The translations under genes were made by a program, and so were the position numbers. A DNA stretch of 52,000 nt from Chlorokybus atmophyticus. Its lineage: Eukaryota; Plantae; Mesostigma and Chlorokybus algae. The notes beneath the pieces are model-generated. The model worked only from the letters and a program-made list of their open reading frames with translations. It did no database searches and was not told where the DNA came from. Of the stretch, positions 20,315 through 32,700 are shown one piece after another. Numbering within the stretch: position 1 is the stretch's first letter; the number at the start of each line of letters is the position of its first letter. The stretch is taken from contig RHPI01003570.1 in NCBI GenBank assembly GCA_009103225.1, positions 1-52,000 on the forward strand, given 5' to 3'.

Positions 20315-23300
20315 CCAGGATGGCGAGAGAACAGACAGAGAGGAAATGTTTGCTCTGGTGAGGTGACTCGTTGCTGCCCGGCCGACACCGACATTGTTCA
20401 CTTGTTCACATCAGGAGCTCATGCAGTTCAGAAGAACCAATTGCATATGTCAGGCTGACAAGGGAAGGCTTTTGCACACGAATCTTTTTACTTACGATTG
20501 CAAATCAAGGTGTGCTGGATTGCCGATGATCTGTTGTGCTATTTTATGCATGTATTTAAGGGCGGTTTGTAGTGCTATGTATATTGTGCATCGAACGCTT
20601 GCCCTGCTGTTAATGGGGAAAGACGGATTAAGGCTGTGTGCCGAAACTACTTGATGCATGGCCATTTCAAGCAGGCCCGTCAAGGGCAATGCGTATTGGG
20701 AATCTGACATGACATAGTGTCACAATTTGGGCAGACAGCATATCCAAGCTAGCGCTACATGCCCAGTAACAGCAAAGCGCATCATGATGCGCTTTGCTGT
20801 TACCTAGCGGTGTCGACACGGTGGGAGCATTGTTGTGTGTGCAAGAAGCATGCGGGAATACTCGTGTGGTTCCATGCTTGACTCGACGTTGAAGTCTGCG
20901 AGTCATCCTCATAGCGATGCAAACAATTATTGTTTCTGCAGGCAACACAGCAAGCGTGCAGTTGCCAACGAGGTCACTCTCACAAGAACGTACTATAATA
21001 ACAACTTATACATTGCAACCATCTACAATTAGCCGGAGTAGTGCACGCCTACACAGATGGACCGGGCATTAACTCTATATATGCTACAATGTCTGATGCG
21101 GACGCTCATAGCGACTGAGCACCATTGTATTGTAGCACAGCTACTACAGTTGCTGTTGCTCATAACCTCTTAAAATACACATATCCGCAGCACAAGCTTG
21201 TATGAACTTGAGCATAAGCACGCGCGTCTCCACATACTGTAATTGTGTTGCTTGAGGTTGGTTGGTTTCGCTATTGCTGCTTGCAGCCAATTCTCTGCCC
21301 CACGACCATTGCATTGCATAGCAAATAGTAGCACTTAGATTAGCGAGGTTGTGGCCCCAAGTATAAAAACAATTGCCCTTGCTTGTTACCTGCTCTACTT
21401 GCTTTGTTGTGCATCCCTGCCTATGCACGCACGTGTGTGCATGAAATACCACAATCTATACCCTATATAGGGTATACATAGGAATGAGAGCATATATACT
21501 CTCATTCCTTTGTGTTCTTATCTAATTTTCTCCCGCAGGTGTACATGTATCACCCTCAAAAGGGCTCAATCGGGGTGGCGCAAGTCACACACTCTCAGCT
21601 GTAAAATGATGTGGTGAGTAAAGACGTTTGGGTGGAGGCCCACTGCACGTTGCAGTGTACACATGTGGCAATTGACACGGGTGCTTATGGAGTCGGTACT
21701 TATGCGATTTGTGGGCAAGGACACAAGTAGCTACACAATGCATTGTCAATCATTAAGCAAAGGGCTGCTTGAGGTTGAAAAAACCAGCGCAATGGAAGTA
21801 TCACCCTAGGTGTGATGTTTCGTGTCAAAAGAGGCCGGCCCGTCATGACAATTTAACGCAGTCATGTCAAGTCCGCTTTTAGATTGATGTATTGGGTTGA
21901 AGAGCAAATAAGATGATATGTGAATCATTCTCGAGTTGTCAAGCTTAAGGGGCATGCATAGACAAATGCATAATGGCTATTCAATTATAAGTGGGTGCTT
22001 TGTTGTACAAATGTTGAAGGTGCTCTTACGTTTTAGGGGTATACCTCTTAGAGTTGGGATGCTGTGTTAAATCTGACAAGGAAGGTTGGTGGTCGTTCTC
22101 TCACATGCTCATGTTTGTCTCTGGTGCTGCGGCTGTATGTAAGTTGTTGCAAGATGGTGTACTGTATCAAAGTCACGTGTGCACAAATGCAGTTACGAGT
22201 ATGCTTGACATTGCATGTGCCTGACACCTTGCATGCTACTGCTGTAGCATACTATCTCTTATGTATACTAGCTTGCTACTTGTTCGTATATCAGTAGGTA
22301 AGTGGGTAGTGAACATGGAGCAGTAGGTGTATACACGTGCGAGTTGATGCATACAATTTTCTTGCCCGCTTACGACGCCACTTGCAACTTACAAGTTTTA
22401 ATGCAATGCAGCATGTAGTGGCGGTGGACATATTGTGCGTCAATGCCATGAACTCGGCGAGCGCGTGAGTTTGCGTGCATAATCATTAATAGCACAAACC
22501 ATCAATCGCTGTGTTAGATTGTTGTAGCACATACGATTGCTTATTACCAAGACTTCGCCAACTTGGAGTCAAGCTAAACAAAACGTTGTGCTTACTATTG
22601 AATGTCGATCAAGTAAACGTCACCTCTCACCTCAATAATCTGCAAGGCATACACACATGTGCGCTCTCGCATCAATCAATCAATTATCGTCGACGTTACG
22701 AAATTGATGTATAAGCTTACTCGATGATGCCGCAGCATTACATGAAAGGATGATATATGTATGTTGTTGCAATTGCACTTATAATTATAATTCAGTTATA
22801 TCGCCTTTGAAGCCTACATATATTGCAGCATGTTCTCACTTGTAATTATGTGTGTGGAGTACGTGTCGCAGGAGCAATTGCATATTACATGTTGTGATGA
22901 ATTGTGCTTTACAAATTGTGTATAGCATTGGCTGTTACACCTTTGCAATGTATAATGGTAGCCATTGGCAAGTGTCCGCAACCTTGTGCAAACCTTTTAG
23001 ATGTTAAATCAAAAAGCTATGGTATAAAACCGTAAAGACCGCGATCGCCAAACAGACTGTAATGCTTTGAAGCAATGCGCACTGTCAACAAGTTAAATAT
23101 GTGCATCTGTTACACCATGTGACTCACCAAGCCGAGACACCTCTCACTATCAATGTAAGAGGAGACTTTATGAAGAAGACTTCGGTAGTAGCATGAAATG
23201 TAAAAATACGAAACAGCCCACAAGTAAATGTTGGTGCTTAAGAAACTATTCTAACCCACGAAGAGCAATGTTTTGTGTAATTCTCGCAAGTTTTAACAAG

Positions 23301-23853
23301 CAATGTTCCATTGTCGACGGAGCAGCGCGTGACGGGTAAGACATAAGACATGATGGGCAAGGTGTGAAGCGTGATTAGCGTGATAGGCGCAATGGATATA
23401 GCGTGATGTGCGTGGCGTGATGGGCGTGATGTAACGGGTATAGTCGCGTTTATACCATGCTGATGCTCTTTACATTTAAGAACATATTATGGTCTTGAAC
23501 GCCAAGAGATCTACCCCGTCAAGAGCATGAACTTGCCGAAGATGAACAGCATGCTCTTAGCGGAGGTGGAGTCTACCCGGTAGACTGCCCTCCGTCACTG
23601 ACGGTTCGCGAAGGTAGGCTGGCTCGATCCATCAGCCCACGTTGGCAGTTGGTATGCCACCCCACCCCTAACCCACTCCAACCCAAGCTTACAACCCCTC
23701 CACCGCGAGGTCGTTAGCCGGCCGGGGGCGGCGGCGGCGTTTCTAAGGCCGACGGGGAGCGGTGTATCCGTCATCGTCGAGTAAGACGTGGTTGGTGCAC
23801 GGGTAAGGGAGGCTGGGCTGTTGGGAGAAAGGTGAGGGGCTGCGAGGTGTTGG

Positions 23854-26800
23854 ATGGTTGGAGAGAAGCGCAGTGCGGCCGGCAGCGTTGACGTCGAGGT
23901 GACCGTCGCCGCCACCGCTACCGCCGCCTCCGCCGCCTCCGTCGCAGGTGCTGCTGCCTCCGCCCTCGGAGGCGAGGAGGGAAGCGTCAAGAGGGCCAGA
24001 TTGGAGAAGGTGTACCTCGCCCCTGGTGCCGTGATGACGTCCAACAACAACAACAACACCAGCGATGTGGACGGCCATGTTGCTGGCGCCGTCCATATGG
24101 ACATCGATGAGGACTTGCACAGCCGCCAGCTTGCAGTGTATGGCAGGGAGAGCATGCGGCGCCTTGCTGCCAGCAACGTGCTCATCTCGGGGCTCAAAGG
24201 GCTTGGCGTTGAGATTGGTATGTGAGCTGTTCACTTCTGCTCTGTATCCATCTTTTAGCGTTACAGCGTGTGCATGTAAATGCATTGTGCTGCACTTCCA
24301 CAACAGGCGGGTTCTTTGCTAACAATATGGCTGAACACGCCTGGTTGAGGCTACTACAATCCTTCATTTGCATGTTCATAAGCATGCACATGGGAAGTGC
24401 AGGACACTGTCACATGTCACAGTATTGATCATCTGCATGCTTACAAGCATGCATGTCTGAAGTGCAGCTCCGCATAAAAAGTAAATGCAGGATAGTGTAA
24501 CTATAACACCTCGTCACTGCATGTCCAAACTGCTGCAATGCATGGTATATTGTTGAACATTCACGGTACACAGCTTGTTCTCAGGTTCATGAACTTTGAA
24601 CACGTTCATATTATGTATTTTCATGCTTAGTGCGGTGCTCAACGACGCATGGCAGTATCTGCTCATGATTGGGGCTTTTGGACTGCACATCACTTAGCAC
24701 TGTGCTCTGTCCAGCAAGTGTGCTTGTGCTGTTTTTTCATGGACACTGTGCATGTGTTTGAACAACTATTGGTATTATTTGGTAACAAGTTCAAACATAT
24801 ATAGCTCGAAAAGGCAGTGACATCACAAGCCAGTGCATGCTGTTTTGGTTGGGTACAAGCAACAAGACTGTGGTTTGCTAATGCAGTGTTCTTAGCAAGC
24901 TTACAGCGCAATTATTAACTTATGCAGCGAAGAATGTGATTCTCGCTGGTGTCAAGTCAGTGACCCTTCACGACAGCGGCACGGTGGAACTCAAAGACCT
25001 TTCGGCGCAGTTCTACCTCACGGAGAGCCAAGTGGGCACCAACCGCGCCGAGGCCTGTGCCGCGAAGCTGCACGAGCTCAACGCCAGCGTCAGCGTGGCG
25101 GTGCTCACCGGACCTCTGGCAGAAGACGTGCTGGCGGGTTTTGAGGTGCGCATCTTGTTGCAGACATCTATATGTGCGTAGGTGAGCGCGCATTTTTACA
25201 TGCGCGTTTACACGCACACACAGGAGCACATGCACGCACACGCATGTGCTCCTCTTTGTGTGCATGTAAATGCGTGTGTGCGTGCATGCACGCGCATGTG
25301 TGTGCACACCTGCCATGTTAGTTCTTGCACGGCTATGCGCGCGTGCATGTGTTCCGGTGTGCGTGCACGCATGCGCATGTGTGTGCACACCTGCCGTGCT
25401 AGTTCTTGCACGGCTGTGCGTGGCTGCGTGTGTCTTAGAGAACGAATGCAGCCCATTGTCTCATATGAGTGTAATTGCTGCGCAGGTGGTTGTCTTCACA
25501 GAGACAAGTCAAGCTGAAGCGGAGAGGTGGAACAACTTCTGTCACAACCACAGTCCGCCCATCGCTTTTCTCTGGGCGGACGTGAAGGGGTTGTTTGGTC
25601 GCTCTTTCACCGACTTCGGCCCGAGCTTCAAAGTCTTGGACCCGACCGGCGAGGACGCGCACACTGGCATCATTGCGTCCATCTCCAACGACAACCCTGC
25701 TCTTGTGACTTGCGTGGAGGATGAACGCCTGGAGTTTGAGGAGGGAGACTACGTGGTTTTCTCGGAAGTAGTGGGCATGAACGAACTCAATGACAAGCAC
25801 CCCCGCAAAGTGAAGAATGCTAAGCCCCATTCGTTCACACTTGAGGAGGACACCACAGGGTTTGGCCAGTACGTGCGTGGTGGCATCGTGCAACAGGTGG
25901 GAAGGCTGCTGTTGGCTGCAATTGTTGCTGTGTGGTTTTGGGTCTGTTTTGCGAAGCTTTCTGCAGCAGGTGAGTGCACATATATGTGCATGTGTGCGCA
26001 CTCACGTGCGTGTATACATGTGTCCAGGCGCGCGTACTTTGCGTGTAAGCATCTAGACACGTATCTGTATGATATGTACACTCTCGAAACACTCTTACTC
26101 ACATTCTTAACGTGTTCAGGTCAAGCAACCCAAGGTGTTGAACTTCAAGCCATTGAAGGAAGCCATGTCAGACCCCGGCGAGTTTCTGTTGAGCGACTTC
26201 GCCAAGATGGAGCGCCCGCCACTGCTTCACCTGGGGTTCCAGGCCCTTGAGGCCTTTCATCAAGAGTCGGGCCGTCCCCCGAGGCCCGGTGCAATAGAAG
26301 ACGCGGACCGACTCGTGGCCCTCGCACATGACATTAACGAGAAGGCGGGTTCGCAGAAGCTGGAGGGCGTCAATGAGGGCGTGTTGCGCCATCTGGCGGC
26401 GGGAGCCAATGCGCAGCTAAGCCCCATGGCGGCCATGTATGGCGGCATTGTTGGGCAGGAAGTGGTCAAGGCGTGCACTGGCAAGTTCCACCCCATCGTG
26501 CAGGTATGGCACACGTGTGCAGAGTTGGACTTGTGTGCTTTTGCGTGTTTCTGTACTGTGCGCGCGTGCATGCACGTGTACCTGTGTGTGTGTGTGTGTG
26601 TGTGCGTGCGTGCGTGCGCGCGCGCCTGTGCCTGTGCCTGTGCCTACGTGCGTGCACTTATACTAGCGTGCATTTGCACAGTTCTTCTACTTTGATGCAT
26701 TAGAGGCGCTGCCAGCGGAGCCGCTCATGCCAGAAGAAATCAAGCCCGCAAACTCGCGCTACGATGATCAGATTGCCGTGTTCGGCAGATTGTTGCAGCA

Positions 26801-28929
26801 GAAACTCCAAGACTTGCACGTGTTTGTGGTGGGCGCTGGCGCGTTGGGATGCGAGTTTCTGAAGAACCTCAGTCTCATGGGCGTGTCGACCAGTGCCAAA
26901 GGACTGCTTACCATTACAGATGATGACGTGATTGAAAAGAGCAACCTTAGCAGACAGTTTTTGTTTCGCGATTACAACATCAGCCAACCAAAGTCAACAG
27001 TGGCTTCAGGTACATGCCAAGGGTGTCGTGCTTGACTTTCTAGTGGATTGTTTGCAAATGTGGCAATGACAGTCAGGTACATGCCAAGGGTGTCGTGCTT
27101 AACTTTCTAGTGGATTGTTTGCAAATGTGGCAATGACATGTGGTTAGTACTGATACATCTGTCAACAGGTGCTGCGGCATTGATCAACCCAGACATCAAG
27201 ATCCGCGCGTTGCAGAACAGAGTCAGCCCTGAGACCGAGACAGTGTTTGATGACGCTTTCTGGGAGAACACCGATATCGTAATCAACGCCTTGGACAACA
27301 TCTCTGCGCGCTTGTATGTAGACTCGCGGTGCGTCTATTTCAACAAACCCCTGCTGGAGTCCGGCACGCTGGGTCCAAAATGCAACACTCAGATGGTGAT
27401 TCCCAGGTGAGTTGCGTGTGTGCATGTGAGCAAGTGTCACACACATGCGTAAGCTTGCACACCAGTCAATGTCAAGCTGGTGCATAACACGACCTGTTTG
27501 CACTTGCAGGCTTACAGAAAACTATGGTGCTTCAAGAGACCCTCCGGAAAAGCAGGCCCCCATGTGTACGGTGCACTCATTCCCGCACAACATCGACCAT
27601 TGCTTGACATGGGCGCGCTCAGAGTTTGAAGGGCTGTTCGAAAAGACCCCGACGGAGGCCAACCTGTTTCTAAACAAGCCCGAAGATTATGTCAAGAGCA
27701 TGAAACAGGCCGCGGACGCGCAGGCTCGTGAGTCTCTCGAGCGCGTGGTCGAGTGCCTCGTCACGGAGCGTTGTACAACATATGAGGACTGCATAGCGTG
27801 GGCACGCAACAAGTTCGAGGACTACTTTGCCAACCGCGTGAAACAGTTGACGTTCAACTTTCCCGAAGATGCGGCCACAAGCACGGGAGCCCTGTTCTGG
27901 TCTGCGCCGAAGCGCTTTCCGCGCCCGCTGCAGTTCTCCACAGATGATGCAAGCCACTTCACGTTCATGCAGGCCGCTGCCAACTTGCGTGCACAAGTGT
28001 ATAACATCCCGCGGCCGGCGTGGGCTTCTGACCGACAAAGGCTGTCGGAGGCCATCAACAATGTTGTCGTCCCTGAGTTTGTGCCCAAGTCTGGAGTGAA
28101 GATTGTGACCGATGAGAAGGCCACAAGCGTGTCGCAGTATGACGATGACGAGTCTGTCATCGACAAGTTTTTGAATGAGCTGCAAACCCACTCCAAAGAC
28201 TTGCCACAGACTTTCCGCGTGTCCCCCATTGAGTTTGAGAAGGTTTGCACGCATTGACAGAACGGACATGTGTGCAGGTGCATGTCGCTGTTGTTGTAGA
28301 TTGTTCAACAGTGACTGATCTGGTGTGTCTATCAGGATGACGACACCAACTTCCACATGGACCTGATTGCTGGTCTGGCCAACATGCGTGCGCGGAACTA
28401 CTCAATTGAGGAGGTAGACAAGCTGAAGGCTAAGTTCATCGCAGGGCGCATCGTGCCCGCCATTGCCACAACCACAGCACTTGCCACCGGCCTAGTGTGC
28501 CTGGAGCTGTACAAGGCGGTGCAGAGCAAGCCTATTGAATCCTACCGAAACTCCTTTGTGAACTTGGCTGTTCCTCTATTCGCCATGGCCGAGCCCATCG
28601 CGCCAAAGAAGATCACTTTCAACGACCTCGAGTGGTCCATTTGGGATCGATGGATCATCGAGGGTGATGTCACGCTGAGAGAGCTGCTAGAGTGGTTTGC
28701 TGCCAAGAAGCTGATTGCCTACAGCATATCATGCGGGCAAAGCCTGCTGTACAGCTCTCTGTTCCCCAAGCACAAGACCCGCCTCGACCGCAAGGTCTCA
28801 GAGCTGGCCGTTGAGATATCCAAGCTGTCTATTCCAGATAACAGGCGGCATTTTGATGTTGTTGTGGCGTGCGAGGATGAAGAAGGGGAGGACTTAGATG
28901 TGCCGCAGGTTTCCATCCGCTTTCGGTAG
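23854..28929 (+). CDS. UBA1: Ubiquitin-activating enzyme E1; 8 exons: 23854-24217, 24928-25145, 25486-25896, 26120-26503, 26682-27009, 27169-27406, 27510-28242, 28336-28929 (3270 nt, 1089 aa)
   Basis: [28 protein letters not shown] (ATP site), [15 protein letters not shown] (catalytic Cys), [12 protein letters not shown] and a C-terminal UFD. All introns are GT-AG and the exon phases join into one open frame. Confidence 0.97.
27006..27138. repeat. 67-bp tandem duplication spanning the UBA1 exon 5 donor site
   Basis: TCAGGTACATGCCAAGGG...GGCAATGACA starts at 27006 and again at 27073, with 1 internal mismatch. Confidence 0.9.
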
Positions 28930-29736
28930 CTAGCATAGGGTAGTTGTGATCGGAGCTAGTGGCTTGGTCGTTGACGATGGCCATAGCGTGCTCTCTGTGT
29001 GGATTTGTTCACCTCAACCAGGAAAAGCAGGTGTACAAAAGATGCAAGAGGGATACTCGTTCATGCACACCCACGTGCACATGCAAACATACAAACAATA
29101 CAAACTGTGTCAGGACGGACACTGATCTGTTGCAGATGGCTGTGTATATAGTGCATTGACGCCCAATTGCCTGGCTCATGTTGGTGTGTACCTGACTGTG
29201 TCACATTGCCTGACTTCTTGCATGGACACACATGCAAGATTGGGTGTGCATGATCGTGTGAGGTTCAGCAGCACAGCACGCTACACATAACCCATGTACA
29301 TATGTACATAGGATGTTACATATGCAAAAGGTTGTTATGTATTTGCATGGACATACATGCAAGGTTGCTCATGAAGGTGCCCACTTTGCAGCTGGGCTCA
29401 TTGCAATGATAGACATTGCAACGGCCGCCTGCACAACTTCTCGTAGTGCCTGATTGCATGTACAAGTCACATTCGCTAGCACCTGCAGAAAGTCCCAAGT
29501 GATTGCCTGGACTGATGCATGGCGAGTTGCAGCTGCACACTCGCCTGCTAAAGTGTGCTATGCCTATGTACTAGCAATAAGCCCCTACTAGCATTGGACA
29601 AATGTGGCTTATATCGCTGAGTTTGAACTCAAAGCGCTAACATGCGTCACGCAGAGGCGGGCCACCAGCGAGGAACTGGTTGCCGCAAGCCGACTAACTT
29701 CTCTTGCGCAAGCTGCTAGCTACCAAGTTCTGTTAA

Positions 29737-32700
29737 CTACCTACTTGGTGAGTCTAAGGGTGAGTTTTTGGGTGAGTTTTTGGGTGAGAATAGATCTGTT
29801 GGCGGGGAGGATGGGCTCGTGGGTGGTGTGCAGCGACGGAAGTGTGCCACAAACCCGTATGCGTCGTCTTTCTTCCTTTGTTGCACCGGTTGCACTTTCA
29901 CCGGCTTGGGGACCACACTAAAGTCTAGTGCTAGACGAGGTGCAGGTGGTGATGCGGGCGGGGATGCAGCCTTTTCTGTAGTGATGCTTTGTTGGATGGC
30001 CTCCTTCAATCTGGGCCAGTTAATGGGTTTGGTCAACACGCCTGTGAAGCGATGCTCCGCGACCAGCATGTTGGTGGTCGCCAGAACATCCGCTGTGAGG
30101 GCGAAAATAGGAAGCTTCCCTGCTACGCCTGCACAGACAAGTGATGATTGAGAGAGACATGCAAGCACTTTATGCACCGCTTTTTGGTTGAAGTTAATGA
30201 CGCTTCCCACTTACCTGGCAGTGTGCGAATGATGTCCACTGCAGCTATCCCGTCGAGAACAGGCATCTGCAAGTCCATGAACACAACGTCGTACACGTCT
30301 GATCCCATGTGCTGGATGGCGGCCACGGCTTCGGCGCCATTGTTGACCACGTCAACGCGATGCCCCTCTTTGATCAACATGCGCTTAATCAACTTCTGGT
30401 TCACCGGGTTGTCTGAAAATGCACACCACACAGAGTCAGCAAAAGTGCTCACCTCTTCTTCTGACACTATAAGGCACGCGCGCGTGCGCACACGCACGCA
30501 CGCACAGTTGAAGGGAGTTACTAGTGTCATACCTTCCGCGACGAGTATGGTTGCACAGACTTTGCCAAGCGGGCTTTGCGAGCCATCATTGTCGCTGCCG
30601 CTGCTGAAAGGGAAGCTGGCAACGCTCCTTGGTGAGCTGCTTGCAAAATGGTCAAGGTTCGACCGCTCTGCTGCAGTTGGGGACTTGGGCAAAACCAGCG
30701 TTGCCGTGCGCTGCAGCTTGACATAGAAGATGAATGTGCTCCCCTGTTACACAAGGAGTCACGAATGTTAAGTCAGTTCAACTATAGGTGTCGTGTTCAA
30801 CACACGCTCCCATCAAGGTTAATTGGTTGGTTAACAAACCAGCATGACAATCACCATATGTTGCTTACCGTTCCAGGAATGCTTTCAACACGTACGTCAC
30901 CACCCATGGCATTAATCTGTTCAACAGGACAGGTTTGCAGATCAGCACCACGAGTATGTCGCATACCTATTTGCTCTAACTACAACTATCAGCATGCTCA
31001 CCAGGTGTTTGCTGATGGCCAACCCCAACCCCGTACCGCCAAACCTCCTGCAGTAATCACAACTCCAGTCAGCAAGAAGCAGCCTTTGGATTGCTGAGCA
31101 GATAATATATGCCAACTTGTACTACCTTGTAGTTGACGAGTCGGCTTGGCTGAAACGCTGGAAAAGCCTTGACTTCTGATCTTCGGTTATGCCGAGCCCA
31201 GTGTCCTGGACCCGAACTTCGTAGCAGAGCGAGTCCTGGTCCCAAAGCTTTGCACTGCCCAGCAGTGCCTCACTCTTCGGCCAGTCCAACTCTTTAATAT
31301 TGTCAACTTTGCGCAGCGAGAGCGTAACACTCCCTCGCTCTGTGCAACACATGGTTGAGTTTTGGACTGTCTTTACTGCTACAGACTGGTGCCTGTACAA
31401 GCCGCAAACCTGATGCGTGCCAACATACCTGTAAACTTGATTGCATTTGACAGAAGGTTGTTTAGGATCTGCGAACAAAGCACACGCACTAGTCAGCACA
31501 TTGTTTGAACCGCAGAGTAACAATTGAAGTCACCAGACCATTGCTGGCATTTGTACGCGTGACATGTTGGTTACCTGTCTAAGCCGTGTTGGGTCGCCCC
31601 GTGCGATGATGGGGCTGTCGTGAGGCTCGGGCATCTCAAGAGTCAGTGTGAGCTTCTGCTCAGCCGTGCGGCCGTGAAAGAGTGAGCACACGCCGATGAA
31701 CACGGCGCGAAGGTCAAACTCTACGTCCTCCAGAACCATGTGACCAGCTTCAATCTTGCTGAAGTCGAGTATGTCTAAAAAAACACGAAGAAACGTCAGC
31801 AACAGTTCTCAATTGCATTCAAGTGGGAAGAAAGGGACTAACCGTTAAGTATAGTAAGCAAGAGCTCCGCAGAGCCATGCATTGTGGTCACGTAGTCTGC
31901 TTGCTCTTCGTTGAGGTCTGTTCGCATCAGCAGCGACAGCATTCCCAGCACGCCCGTCATAGGTGTTCTCAGTTCTGTGCCATCAGGGAAACCAGTGTCA
32001 GACTTCCAAACCTACTTACTTTGTATGTGTAGTTTAGTGCTTCCGCTTAGCCACTATGCCTCGAGTGCTTCCACTCACCGTGTGACATAGTAGCCAAAAA
32101 AGCACTCTTTGCTCTGTTGGCAGCATCAATCACGTCTCTTGCATCGCATTCAGTGGTGATGTCCTCAAACATCCACACCTGAGTGCAAACACTAAGGTTA
32201 GGTTGAGAAAGAGCCCGCCATTGTGATGCCTCTTGTGCACCCTCACTCATACTGATGCTTGCTTGCTCACCCTTCCTCGAGCGCGCCCGCGCAACGGATA
32301 GCAACGCAATCGCAAAACGCAATGCGGATCCATCAATGGCATGACTATCTCGGCGCCCGGCGCAAGGGGCTCCTCTTCTTCATCGCTGCTGAGGGATGGC
32401 CTAAATAGTTGCTGTGGGCACGACATACAACAATGAGTCCAATGACAGTTTTGCACACATCCTGCACCAAATGCACCTCGCGCAATCAAGCCAAGCGCCA
32501 CCACAGCAGCAGTGTCTCACCTGTGCAATGAGCCACTCTTGTAGCGCTACCGATGAACTGCAGCGCTTCGACAAGGCCTGCGAGGGGATTGGTCAAGTTT
32601 GCACCGTATTTGTGAGGAATTCAACACGCGCATATCATGTTGGGGGACACGCAAGACACGGATGCTTGAATGCACATATACACGCACCTGCATGGCTTGC

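Noticed and set aside
23595-24303. Long antisense ORFs over UBA1 exon 1, and similar ORFs opposite pol, gag and other exons
   Set aside because: These are shadow ORFs from GC-rich codon usage on the coding strand and carry no motifs of their own.
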